Shown here in pieces: positions 22,261-31,041 of a DNA stretch of 35,847 nt. Source of the DNA: a bacterium (GTDB lineage Bacteria; Patescibacteriota; Minisyncoccia; Phycocordibacterales; CAIZLB01); assembly GCA_037131455.1 (NCBI GenBank), contig JBAXRA010000002.1, positions 1 through 35,847 of the forward strand, written 5' to 3'. Position 1 is the stretch's first letter. The number at the start of each line of letters is the position of its first letter. The notes under the pieces are model-generated. The model was not told where the DNA came from and did not search any database. It was given only the letters and a program-made list of their open reading frames with translations. A program made the position numbers and the translations under genes.

Positions 22261-24522
22261 ATGCAGTTAAAGAGCCTCGAAATCAACGGTTTTAAGTCCT
22301 TCGCAAAGAAGGGTAATTTGGTCTTTAATTCTCCGATTACATCAATCGTGGGGCCCAATGGATCAGGTAAATCAAATGTGGCAGAATCGTTTAGATTTGT
22401 ACTTGGAGAGCAGTCCATCAAGTCTATGCGAGGGAAAAAGGGTGAGGACTTAATTTTTAACGGTGGTAAAGATACCCCTCGTGCAAATCGCGCCTCTGTA
22501 AAATTGGTATTTGATAACAAGACCAAGCTTTTCAAAATGGATTTCGATGAGATTTCTTTAGAGCGCGTGGTACATCGCGACGGAGTGAATGAATATTATA
22601 TAAACGGATCACAGGTTCGTTTGAAAGACGTAGCGGAAATGTTGGCGCATGCAAATATTGGATCATCAGGTCACCACATCATTTCACAAGGTGAAGCGGA
22701 CAGGCTGTTGTCATCAAATCCCGAAGAGCGAAGGGAGATGATAGAGGATGCACTTGGTTTGAAAGTTTTTCAATACAAAAAAGAAGAGAGCGAGAAAAAA
22801 TTGGAGAAAACCGCACAGCATATAAAAGAGGTAGAGTCACTTCGCCGAGAAATCGCACCTCATATTAGATTTCTAAAAAAGCAGGTTGAAAAAATCGAGA
22901 AAGCGGCGGCACTACGTGCAGAATTGTCTGTTCAATATCGCGAATATTTTGCTCGAGAAGAGGCGTATTTAAAAAAGGAAAAGAAAAGACTTACTGATGC
23001 TGGCATTGAGCCTCGTAATGAACTTGAAAAAATTGAAGTTGAATTAAATCATCACAAAAAAGTGTTGGATGAGATGTCTAAGGGTGATAATAACCACACG
23101 CATTTGTTGGACTTGGAAAAGCTAATTACAACTACACGTCATAAAAAAGATGTGCTGATGAGAGACATTGGACGATTGGAAGGCGAGATGTCTTATATTA
23201 AGAAAACTATTGAAAGCAAAATCAAAGAGGCGGAAAAAGAAAATTCAAGTCATAAAATGATTTCGCTTTTACATATCGAATCATTGGCAAAAGATGTAAA
23301 TGAGCACCTTCATGCTGTTTTGAATTCTGATAATTTAGAAGTAATTAAAAATTCCGCTTCAGAGATTAAACGCTTGGTTGCCGATTTTATTCATCATCAT
23401 AAAAATGAAGGAGAAGCCCCAGTGGTTTCTACAAAATCCGACGAAGAAGATTTGCTTAAAGTCACTTCAAAAATTTCTGAAATTGAAGATAATCTAAAAA
23501 ATATCAGCACAGAAGAGAAAAATCATGAGTCAAAATACCAAGAATTAAAGTCCAAAATCGACAAGGATAAAGAGAACAATGTAGAGTCCGAAAAGGCCAT
23601 TTTACGCATTATGTCGCGTCAGAACGAGCTTCATGGGCTACTACACTCTATAAAGGCAGAAACTGACCGTATGGCGCTAGAACAGACCGATTATGATAGG
23701 GAACTCCAGGAGGCGGGAATGCTCATTGGGCGTGAAGCTATTGCGTTTTACGAGGAGGACATCCTATCGCATATGGATAATGGTGAGGCAAGAAACGTCC
23801 AAGTTGATCGTCGAAGGGCTATTGAAAAATCAAAAATTCGCTTAGAGGAAATGGGCGGAGCAGGTGGACAAGAGGTGATGAAGGAATACAAAGACGCCGA
23901 GGATCGCGATCAATTTTTAATGAAAGAATTGGGTGACTTGATGCAGTCGTCAGAAACTTTGAATACATTAATTGCAGATCTTACAGAAAAATTAAACGAA
24001 ATGTTTAAAGACGGTATTAAAAAAATCAATACAGAATTTGATAGATTTTTCAAATTGATGTTTGGTGGAGGGGAAGCACGTTTGGAGATAATTAAAGAAG
24101 TGAAGAAAAAGCGAAGAAAATCAGAAGATGAATTGGAAGTCGAAATGGCAGAGGAGGAAGAAGTTTCAGAAGGAATTGATATTCATGTTGCGCTTCCGCA
24201 CAAAAAGACGAAGGGTCTTATGATGCTTTCGGGGGGGGAAAGAGCACTGACTTCAATTGCATTATTATTTGCAATGTCACAAGTTAATCCGCCACCATTT
24301 ATTATTTTGGATGAAACTGATGCTGCGCTTGATGAAGCGAATTCTAGAAAATATGGAGATATGATTGAAGCGCTTTCAAAGCATTCTCAGTTGATTTTGA
24401 TTACGCATAATCGTGAGACAATGTCACGAGCGGGTGTAATTTACGGAGTAACCATGGCAGGGGAAGGGCATTCGAAGCTACTTTCGATTGCGTTTGATGA
24501 GGCGGTGGTGGTCGCGAAGTAA
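22261..24522 (+). CDS. smc: SMC-family chromosome segregation ATPase, short form without recognisable hinge
   Basis: N-head LEINGFKSFAKK...IVGPNGSGKSNVAESFRFVLGEQS (Walker A). C-head FFKLMFGGGEARLEI, signature LSGGERALTSIALLFAM, Walker B FIILDETDAALD. Only 753 aa. rnc-smc synteny as in Bacillus. Confidence 0.8.
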   Translation: MQLKSLEINGFKSFAKKGNLVFNSPITSIVGPNGSGKSNVAESFRFVLGEQSIKSMRGKKGEDLIFNGGKDTPRANRASVKLVFDNKTKLFKMDFDEISLERVVHRDGVNEYYINGSQVRLKDVAEMLAHANIGSSGHHIISQGEADRLLSSNPEERREMIEDALGLKVFQYKKEESEKKLEKTAQHIKEVESLRREIAPHIRFLKKQVEKIEKAAALRAELSVQYREYFAREEAYLKKEKKRLTDAGIEPRNELEKIEVELNHHKKVLDEMSKGDNNHTHLLDLEKLITTTRHKKDVLMRDIGRLEGEMSYIKKTIESKIKEAEKENSSHKMISLLHIESLAKDVNEHLHAVLNSDNLEVIKNSASEIKRLVADFIHHHKNEGEAPVVSTKSDEEDLLKVTSKISEIEDNLKNISTEEKNHESKYQELKSKIDKDKENNVESEKAILRIMSRQNELHGLLHSIKAETDRMALEQTDYDRELQEAGMLIGREAIAFYEEDILSHMDNGEARNVQVDRRRAIEKSKIRLEEMGGAGGQEVMKEYKDAEDRDQFLMKELGDLMQSSETLNTLIADLTEKLNEMFKDGIKKINTEFDRFFKLMFGGGEARLEIIKEVKKKRRKSEDELEVEMAEEEEVSEGIDIHVALPHKKTKGLMMLSGGERALTSIALLFAMSQVNPPPFIILDETDAALDEANSRKYGDMIEALSKHSQLILITHNRETMSRAGVIYGVTMAGEGHSKLLSIAFDEAVVVAK

Positions 24523-24810
24523 TTACCCAAACAAATACGAATGACTCCCAATATCCGCCAATATTAGAATTAACACATCTTTTTCAATTTTATACACCAA
24601 AAGCAAATCACTCTGAATATGGCATTCTCGATGTCCTGTATAATCTCCCCATAATGCATGGTCTCTGAATTTTTGGTCTAGTGCCTTACCTGCAGATAGT
24701 ATGTTAATAATAGACTCAATAGTTCTGAAAACTTCAGGTTTAAACTTTCCGCTTACTTGTAAGCGAGCTATCGATCTTTCGTACTTTTTTGTTCTTAATG
24801 GGATTAGCAT
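24523..24810 (-). CDS. YafQ/RelE-family mRNA interferase toxin
   Basis: 95-aa ORF. DHALWGDYTGHRECHIQSDLLLVYKIEKDVLILILADIGSHSYLFG matches the YafQ pattern (H.L.G....REC.I..D.LL.Y.......L.R.GSHS.LF). Confidence 0.8.
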   Translation of the reverse strand: MLIPLRTKKYERSIARLQVSGKFKPEVFRTIESIINILSAGKALDQKFRDHALWGDYTGHRECHIQSDLLLVYKIEKDVLILILADIGSHSYLFG

Positions 24811-25072
24811 TTTTTGAAATTAATAGATCTGCCATAAGATCTTCACCTGATTCATACCTCTTCCCATATTTCAGCGCCCACGCCACCTCCTTGTCCCATT
24901 CTGCTCTGATCTGCTTTGGAGTTCTTTTCGGCGTGAAGGGAAGTCCGCCTTCAACGATAACCTGTGAAAGAAAGGCCTTTACCGCAGAGGACATGTCTAG
25001 ACCGATTTCTGATAATATTTTTGAAGATTCTTTTTTAATTTTTTCGTCTATACGTATGTTTAGAGTTGTCAT
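24740..25072 (-). CDS. DinJ/RelB-family antitoxin with extended C-terminus
   Basis: 110-aa ORF. MTTLNIRIDEKIKKESSKILSEIGLDMSSAVKAFLSQVIVEGGLPF is the RelB/DinJ RHH core. It overlaps the toxin ORF by 71 nt in a different frame. Confidence 0.75.
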   Translation of the reverse strand: MTTLNIRIDEKIKKESSKILSEIGLDMSSAVKAFLSQVIVEGGLPFTPKRTPKQIRAEWDKEVAWALKYGKRYESGEDLMADLLISKNANPIKNKKVRKIDSSLTSKRKV

Positions 25073-25078
25073 ATATCA

Positions 25079-25106
25079 AGTATAGACAATGTACATACAA
25101 TGTCAA
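25079..25106 (-). promoter_or_regulatory. near-consensus sigma70 promoter giving a leaderless dinJ-yafQ-like mRNA
   Basis: On the minus strand: TTGACA (25106-25101), a 16-nt spacer, TATACT (25084-25079), then 6 nt (tgatat) and the ATG at 25072. The spacer contains the palindrome ATGTACAT and a direct repeat ACAATGT. Confidence 0.55.
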
Positions 25107-25113
25107 TACACTA

Positions 25114-25776
25114 TTATTCTACAATATACCCTCGTCCCGGCACCGTTCTAATCAAAGTATTCCTTCCACCATCTAATTTTTTCCTCAAATTCCTAACATG
25201 TGCCTCAATGGTATTTGAAAAAGGATTGGTATCATTCTCCCACACGCTTTCACTTATATACCCACGGCTGACCACGCGTCCACGATTTCGTGCAAAACAT
25301 TCGAGGAGCATAAATTCCTTTCTAGTTAAATAAACTCTCTTTCCATTCCGAGTGACACTCTGGCGATTAATATCTAAATCGATGTCATCAATTGAAAGTG
25401 TCGAGGAGTTAAACTGTGGGGGTCGTCTGGTAACTGCTCTAATTCGTGCTAATAGTTCGCTGAATGAAAAAGGTTTTTGTAAGAAGTCGTCCGCGCCGGC
25501 CTCGAGAAGAGCCACTTTTTCAGGCACTTTGTCGCAAACGGAAATCATAATGATAGGTGCGCTCCTGCCAGCTTCACGTATTTCCTTACAAACCTGTAAA
25601 CCGTTTCTTCTCGGCATCATGTAATCCATTACGATTAAATCGTAATAATTTGTCCTCGCCATGTATGACCCGCTTTCTCCGTTATTAACACAATCAACTG
25701 TAAATAATTCACTTTCTAAGTTTTCCTTTAAAGTTTCCCTGATATCATGATTGTCTTCTACTAATAAAATTTTCAT
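25114..25776 (-). CDS. OmpR/PhoB-family response regulator
   Basis: Receiver domain MKILLVEDNHDIRE...DLIVMDYMMPRRNG...LQKPF. Winged-helix output LTRKEFMLLECF...IRTVPGRGYIVE. No histidine kinase gene in the window. Confidence 0.9.
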   Translation of the reverse strand: MKILLVEDNHDIRETLKENLESELFTVDCVNNGESGSYMARTNYYDLIVMDYMMPRRNGLQVCKEIREAGRSAPIIMISVCDKVPEKVALLEAGADDFLQKPFSFSELLARIRAVTRRPPQFNSSTLSIDDIDLDINRQSVTRNGKRVYLTRKEFMLLECFARNRGRVVSRGYISESVWENDTNPFSNTIEAHVRNLRKKLDGGRNTLIRTVPGRGYIVE

Positions 25777-25803
25777 GGATTTTATGACTTTATTATATTA
25801 AAT

Positions 25804-25828
25804 AACCCTATCTTTACAAGATAGGGTT
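25804..25828 (-). terminator. hairpin between hsp20 and the response-regulator gene (possible terminator)
   Basis: aaccctatctt / aagatagggtt form an 11-bp inverted repeat with a 3-nt centre. On the minus strand it is followed by atttaat, a weak U-tract. Confidence 0.45.
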
Positions 25829-25863
25829 AAATAAATATGAAGAAATGGCCATTTATCCACAAC

Positions 25864-26355
25864 CTAGAGACTTTTCACGCGTAGTTTCGTCTGTCTTTCC
25901 TTGTCCACCTTTGGAAGCTTAACAGTCAGCAATCCTTGGTTTTCTAATGCCTCGGCCCGTTCAATGTCTACTTCGTGTGGTAATACAATGCTTCTAGAAA
26001 AAGAACCCCAGTACAATTCCTTGTGGAAATAGTCCTGATCTGAGACCTCGCTTTCTTCTTTTCGGCTACCTCTGATAGTTAAAATGTCTCGTGAAAGGGA
26101 AATCTCTACGTCCTCGCGCTTTACACCTGGAATCATTGTTCGAACGATGACATGAGATGTTGTTTGATATACATCAAGTGCCAGTTCACCTTCACCAGCC
26201 TGCTCTTCGAGCCAAGTAGATGAAACTCCGGTGCTAGAGCTTTGCTTTGTTAAGTGTTTTCCGTTTTTACCTTCATGTTCCTCAATTTCCTCTGTCTCAT
26301 CATCTAGGATGACGCTGCCTGTTAATCTTTCAAATAATGATCTTTTCTTTTTCAT
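25864..26355 (-). CDS. Hsp20/alpha-crystallin small heat-shock protein
   Basis: LALDVYQTTSHVIVRTMIPGVKREDVEISLSRDILTIRG...GSFSRSIVLPHEVDIERAEALENQGLLTVKLPK is a typical ACD. Confidence 0.85.
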   Translation of the reverse strand: MKKKRSLFERLTGSVILDDETEEIEEHEGKNGKHLTKQSSSTGVSSTWLEEQAGEGELALDVYQTTSHVIVRTMIPGVKREDVEISLSRDILTIRGSRKEESEVSDQDYFHKELYWGSFSRSIVLPHEVDIERAEALENQGLLTVKLPKVDKERQTKLRVKSL

Positions 26356-26361
26356 GCTTTT

Positions 26362-27096
26362 TTAGAAGTTTTTAATCTTTTTCACGCGTTCGAGGCTTAT
26401 CGTTAAAAGAATGACCAAAACCCAGACTGATAAGAACACAGGAAACGTATTTTCTTTGTCGTTGTTTATTATAAAAAAATTAAACAGAGAATGCAAGACA
26501 ACTGCAATGACAAGTCCGGTACAAAGCGCTAGGAATTTTTTAGCACGTGAAGCATAAAAAGTTAGTCCGATACAAAGCGCGACAGATCCTGAAGCTATAA
26601 AGTGTAAGAGAGAGGCTCCCATAAAGCGCATAGCAGCAGCGTTTATAGCGTTAATAGTGTCACCTCTAATTAGGGGGCCTAATAGTAGAATGGTGTTTTC
26701 CATTGCAGAAAAACCAAGGGAGGCTGTCGTTATGTAAATAAATGCATCAATTGGATGCACAAATGAGACGTGTTTAAAAGCAGTAAACCTAGCGGCTAGG
26801 TACTTTATAAGTTCTTCCCAGAAGGCCCAGACAGTGACAGCAATAATAGAACTGGCAGTAAGTGCCGGGATAAAAAACTTTCCAACATAGATGGTCAGTT
26901 GCTGAAGTGGAAAAACTACGAAAACCCCAGCCATACCAATCATAAAAGTCAGGATGATTAAACTGCGAGGCTCGTGGTGTTCATTTTCCTCATGCATCCA
27001 AAACCAGAGCCATAATAGGGCAGGTAAAATTCCACCCATGAGGGCGTAGAGAAAGACGTTAAGATTTAATGCGCAGATTATGCTTGTACAGGCCAT
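26362..27096 (-). CDS. PrsW-family intramembrane protease
   Basis: Polytopic 244-aa ORF with WEELIKY (EExxK), GFSAMEN (FxxxE) and HSLFNF (HxxxN) motifs. Confidence 0.65.
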   Translation of the reverse strand: MACTSIICALNLNVFLYALMGGILPALLWLWFWMHEENEHHEPRSLIILTFMIGMAGVFVVFPLQQLTIYVGKFFIPALTASSIIAVTVWAFWEELIKYLAARFTAFKHVSFVHPIDAFIYITTASLGFSAMENTILLLGPLIRGDTINAINAAAMRFMGASLLHFIASGSVALCIGLTFYASRAKKFLALCTGLVIAVVLHSLFNFFIINNDKENTFPVFLSVWVLVILLTISLERVKKIKNF

Positions 27097-29222
27097 TTTT
27101 GAACGATAAGCATATTATCGCTCATTTTTACAGATTTTGGTAGGAGGGCCCAGAGTTCTTCTGTGATAAATGGCATGAATGGGTGAAGGACGGTGATGGA
27201 ATTGCGAAGCAGGGTGGCGAGTACGTATTGGCGAGAAGTTTTATTATCTCCCGTAAGGATAGTTTTACTTTCTTCAATGATGACATCGGCAATTGTGTGC
27301 CAAATGTAGTGATAAATTTTTTCTGAAGCGAGGTGATATCTGTACTCGCTAATGTCTTTTGTGATATCAATTAAAAATTGATAGTGATCTCCCATGATTT
27401 TTATATCTTCTGGGGTTGTCGCTTCACCATCTGTGTAGTCTTCAATTGAAGTTAAAATAAAACGTGTAATGTTCCACAATTTATTTCCAAAGTTTCTATT
27501 TCCTTTAATTTTGTCTTCAGAAACTTTCATATCTGTTCCGGGTGCAGTTCCTAAAACCAAAGTCAGTCTTGTGGCGTCCATCCCGAATTTATTTGCCATA
27601 TCAATTGGATCGATTCCGTTACCGAGGGATTTTGAAAACTTAACACCTTTGGCATCTCGAACGATTCCTGTAATTAACACCTTTTTAAATGGGACTTGAT
27701 CAAGGGCGTAACCGGTCATCATAATCATGCGAGCAACCCAAAAGAAAAGAATTTCATAGGCAGTTACAAGAAGGTTTGTTGGGTGGAAAACTTTCAAATC
27801 TTTTAAGTCAGTTGGCCATCCCATAGTAGAGAAAGTCCAAAGGCCAGAAGAAAACCATGTATCAAGAGTGTCTTCATCTTGCTTCCAGTCCATGCCTTCC
27901 GGGGCGTTGATTCCACAGTAAACTTCTTCACCTTTGTACCAAACAGGAATTCGGTGACCGTACCAAATTTGCCTTGAAATACACCAGTCTTTTAGATTAT
28001 CAATCCAGTGAAAATAGGTTTTATCAAAATGTGACGGCATAATTTCAACTTTCTTTTCGGCAACCGCTGAACGCATAATGTCTTTCAGGGTTGTGGTATG
28101 GCCGTTTTTTGTAAACTCTTTATTCACCGCCACGAACCACTGCAATTTTGGAAGAGGTTCCACAATTCCTCCAGTTCTCTCAGCGGTTGAGATGTTCTGG
28201 TTAATTTCTTTTTCTTCGATCATCAAGTTTTCAGACTTTAACCATTCAACAATCACAGTTCGCGCATCTGTTGTTTTCTTGTTCAGGATTCTTTCATCAC
28301 CAACAGTCATTTTGGCGTATTCATTGATTACCTGCTTGATAGGTAAGTTGTGACGTTCTGCCATCATAAAGTCGATCTGGCTGTGAGCGGGAGTTACACC
28401 CAAGGCTCCAGTGCCAAATTCAGGGTCTACTTCTTTGTCCGCTATAATTTTTACAGTGACAGGTACTCCGCAAAATTCGAATGAATATTCTTTTCCGATA
28501 AAATCTTTGTAGCGTGCATCATCTGGGTGAACAGCAACGGCGGTGTCACCTACTTTTGTTTCGGGACGGGACGTAGAGATTGCAATGGGGAAGTCTTTTG
28601 AATATTTAAAAGTATACAAAGTCGCCTTGCGTTCCTCGTATACAATCTCGTCATCAGAAATGGTTGTTTGGCCTTTTGGATCCCAGTTGACTACTCGAAA
28701 TCCACGATAGATTAAACCATCATCGTACATTTGTTTAAAAATGGTACGAACCGCAAGATTTCTTTTATCGTCCAATGTGAATGCTTCACGAGACCAATCA
28801 CATGAGGCCCCGGTTACTTTTAGTTGAGAAACAATTGTATCGTGACTTTGTTGAGCGAATTCTTTAATACGTTTCAACATTTCCTCACGACCTAAATCAT
28901 GGCGAGATTTTCCTTCTTTTTTCATTATGTCCTTTTCAACTTTTGCTTGAGTCGCGATCGCTGCATGATCAGTCCCTGGAATCCATAAAGCTTTCTTTCC
29001 ATTCATTCGGTTAAAGCGAATGGCGATGTCTTGGATTGTTGCACCTAAAACGTGACCTAAATGCAGTGTTCCTGTTACGTTTGGTGGGGGAAGGATGATG
29101 GTGTAAGTCTCAGTCCCATTACTGTTGTCAGGGTTAAAAAAGCCCCCGGTTTCCCAGGCTTCATAAATACGTTTTTCAGTGTCTTGGGGATTGTAGGGCT
29201 TTAATAGCTTTTCGGGAATCAT
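27078..29222 (-). CDS. valS: valine--tRNA ligase (short form)
   Basis: PPPNVTGTLHLGHVLGATIQDIAIRFNRMNGKKALWIPGTDHAAIATQ (HIGH region), KSRHDLGRE, KFSKSLGN (KMSKS). 714 aa. It ends about 25 aa after the FMPFITEELW helix. Confidence 0.9.
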   Translation of the reverse strand: MIPEKLLKPYNPQDTEKRIYEAWETGGFFNPDNSNGTETYTIILPPPNVTGTLHLGHVLGATIQDIAIRFNRMNGKKALWIPGTDHAAIATQAKVEKDIMKKEGKSRHDLGREEMLKRIKEFAQQSHDTIVSQLKVTGASCDWSREAFTLDDKRNLAVRTIFKQMYDDGLIYRGFRVVNWDPKGQTTISDDEIVYEERKATLYTFKYSKDFPIAISTSRPETKVGDTAVAVHPDDARYKDFIGKEYSFEFCGVPVTVKIIADKEVDPEFGTGALGVTPAHSQIDFMMAERHNLPIKQVINEYAKMTVGDERILNKKTTDARTVIVEWLKSENLMIEEKEINQNISTAERTGGIVEPLPKLQWFVAVNKEFTKNGHTTTLKDIMRSAVAEKKVEIMPSHFDKTYFHWIDNLKDWCISRQIWYGHRIPVWYKGEEVYCGINAPEGMDWKQDEDTLDTWFSSGLWTFSTMGWPTDLKDLKVFHPTNLLVTAYEILFFWVARMIMMTGYALDQVPFKKVLITGIVRDAKGVKFSKSLGNGIDPIDMANKFGMDATRLTLVLGTAPGTDMKVSEDKIKGNRNFGNKLWNITRFILTSIEDYTDGEATTPEDIKIMGDHYQFLIDITKDISEYRYHLASEKIYHYIWHTIADVIIEESKTILTGDNKTSRQYVLATLLRNSITVLHPFMPFITEELWALLPKSVKMSDNMLIVQKWPVQA

Positions 29223-29297
29223 GAGGTAAATAGTAGCAATTATAAGGATAAATTTCCACTTTATTTTTAATGTATTGAATAATATTAAATCTGTGGT

Positions 29298-29783
29298 ATG
29301 GTATCGATGGACAAAGCGGTATTCTGCCGCTCTCCAGAAAAACTAACAAAGGAGGTAAGTGTGAAAAGAGGAAGAGGACAACGTCGCAGGAGGTCGCTTG
29401 AGGAAAAATTACTGTGGCGACTAACTCAATGGAATTCTGACCCAGAATCCAAAGCCTTAGGTGATGCTATGGAAGAAAAGTTCCTTCGAGCTTGGGATGT
29501 TCCGTCGGATAACCCTCCCTGGTTTCATGAAGTTGAACCAGCAAGTCTGGAAGAGGATCTCTGTGAATGGAAAGATGCCAGCATTCTTACTAAGGACGGA
29601 ATCAAAATCCCCGTCCAGGTTAAAAGCTCGGTGACGGGAATGGAGAAGCACCTAGAGAAGTACCCTGGTTTCAGTGGAATCATCATTGTGGTAATCGAAG
29701 AAGACACTCCACTTGAAATCAGACTGCGCACCGAAAGGTTGTTGCAGGACAAGGGATTCATCGAGGAATTCAACAAAACCTAG
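29298..29783 (+). CDS. hypothetical protein, Arg-rich N-terminus and possible PD-(D/E)xK-like core; likely start GTG 29361
   Basis: 161-aa ORF. AAGGAGGT (29349-29356) sits 4 nt before the in-frame GTG at 29361. RGRGQRRRRS tract. EEKF...KDASIL...PVQVKSS resembles an E / D / (E/Q)xK nuclease arrangement (weak). It is GC-richer than its neighbours. Confidence 0.5.
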   Translation: MVSMDKAVFCRSPEKLTKEVSVKRGRGQRRRRSLEEKLLWRLTQWNSDPESKALGDAMEEKFLRAWDVPSDNPPWFHEVEPASLEEDLCEWKDASILTKDGIKIPVQVKSSVTGMEKHLEKYPGFSGIIIVVIEEDTPLEIRLRTERLLQDKGFIEEFNKT

Positions 29784-29818
29784 TCAGTGGATTCGTCCGC
29801 CGGCTAGGTTTTTGCTTT

Positions 29819-31024
29819 TTACAACGACAAATTTCCACTTGCCTTAAAATCAACTTCAAGCGAATCCACCTTACTTACAAACCGCATATAACCCGCAACA
29901 GCAATCATAATTGCATTATCAGTCGAGTGTTCAATCTGCGGAATAAATAAATTTACATCAATAAAGTCCATCGAAGTCATTTTCTGAAAAGCACTTCGAA
30001 TATTTTCATTCGCAATCACACCACCGCCAATAATAATCGTGCGCACATTGTGATCAATCATGGCTTGTCTTGTTTTCTTCACCAGCACCTCTGTTGCAGA
30101 ATCTTCAAATTCCCTTGCGATGTCTTCTTTGTCAGTTTCTGAAAGTTCTCCCATTTTTTTTACTAGATACAAAACCGCAGTCTTTAGGCCAGAAAAAGAA
30201 AAATCGTAGTCTTTTGTATTTAACATTGGACGGGGTAAAACTATTTCTGGATTTTTCTCTCTTTCTCTAGATTTTTTAGCTAATGCAGAAATTTTTGGCC
30301 CTCCTGGATATTCTAGTCCTAAAATTCTCGCTACCTTATCAAATGCTTCACCAACCGCATCATCCCTTGTTCTGCCAATAACAGAATATTCATGCCAACT
30401 TTTTATTAATACCAATTCTGTGTGTCCACCGGAAATTAAGAGCGCTAGGGAAGGGAACGTAACATTTTTTTCTTTTTCAGAATCAACCAGTACCGAAACA
30501 ATATGTCCCTCCATGTGATTTGTCGGAACTACCTTAATGTTCCAAACAGTTCCTAATGTTTTTGCAAAGTTTATTCCAACCCAAAGCGCAGGTTCAAGTC
30601 CTGGTCCTTGTGTAACGGCGATCACATCAATGTTTGGTTTTTCAATTGTTTCTAATAATTGAATAACGTCCGCTGCCATTTCATGTTCCATTTTTAGAGA
30701 GACTAAAATTTTTGTTTTTTCTTCATCTCCAAGTGTGGACTTTTTCTCCTTATACAAACCTGACTTTTTTAAAGCCTCTATAAAAAGTGGAGTGATATTT
30801 TTACTATGTTCTCGTTTAGCGAGAGCTGGGAAGACCCCACCGTGCTTGGCATGTATTTCGATCTGAGATTGTAGGGCATTACCTAAAACCTTGATTTCAG
30901 GGCCATTATTAAAAGGTTCCTTTACTTCATTTCCACTATAAATAACCCCGTGTTCACCGGCTTCTATAATGCAAATAGCCGTCTCGTCACAGCTTGTTTC
31001 TATGCCTAGAACTATGGTTTTCAT
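29819..31024 (-). CDS. tsaD: tRNA N6-adenosine threonylcarbamoyltransferase TsaD (Kae1/Gcp family), with insertions
   Basis: MKTIVLGIETSCDETAICIIE, HMEGHI, GGGVIANENIR. The start is set at 31024, where the conserved N-terminus begins. The track ORF starts at 31096. Confidence 0.85.
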   Translation of the reverse strand: MKTIVLGIETSCDETAICIIEAGEHGVIYSGNEVKEPFNNGPEIKVLGNALQSQIEIHAKHGGVFPALAKREHSKNITPLFIEALKKSGLYKEKKSTLGDEEKTKILVSLKMEHEMAADVIQLLETIEKPNIDVIAVTQGPGLEPALWVGINFAKTLGTVWNIKVVPTNHMEGHIVSVLVDSEKEKNVTFPSLALLISGGHTELVLIKSWHEYSVIGRTRDDAVGEAFDKVARILGLEYPGGPKISALAKKSREREKNPEIVLPRPMLNTKDYDFSFSGLKTAVLYLVKKMGELSETDKEDIAREFEDSATEVLVKKTRQAMIDHNVRTIIIGGGVIANENIRSAFQKMTSMDFIDVNLFIPQIEHSTDNAIMIAVAGYMRFVSKVDSLEVDFKASGNLSL

Positions 31025-31041
31025 AAGGCTTCTACTATATC

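Noticed and set aside
25853-25861. A perfect DnaA-box consensus TTATCCACA just downstream of the hsp20 stop.
   Set aside because: It is a single isolated 9-mer. One chance hit in about 72 kb of two-strand sequence is not surprising. There is no cluster, no AT-rich unwinding element and no dnaA or dnaN nearby, so it is not evidence for an origin.
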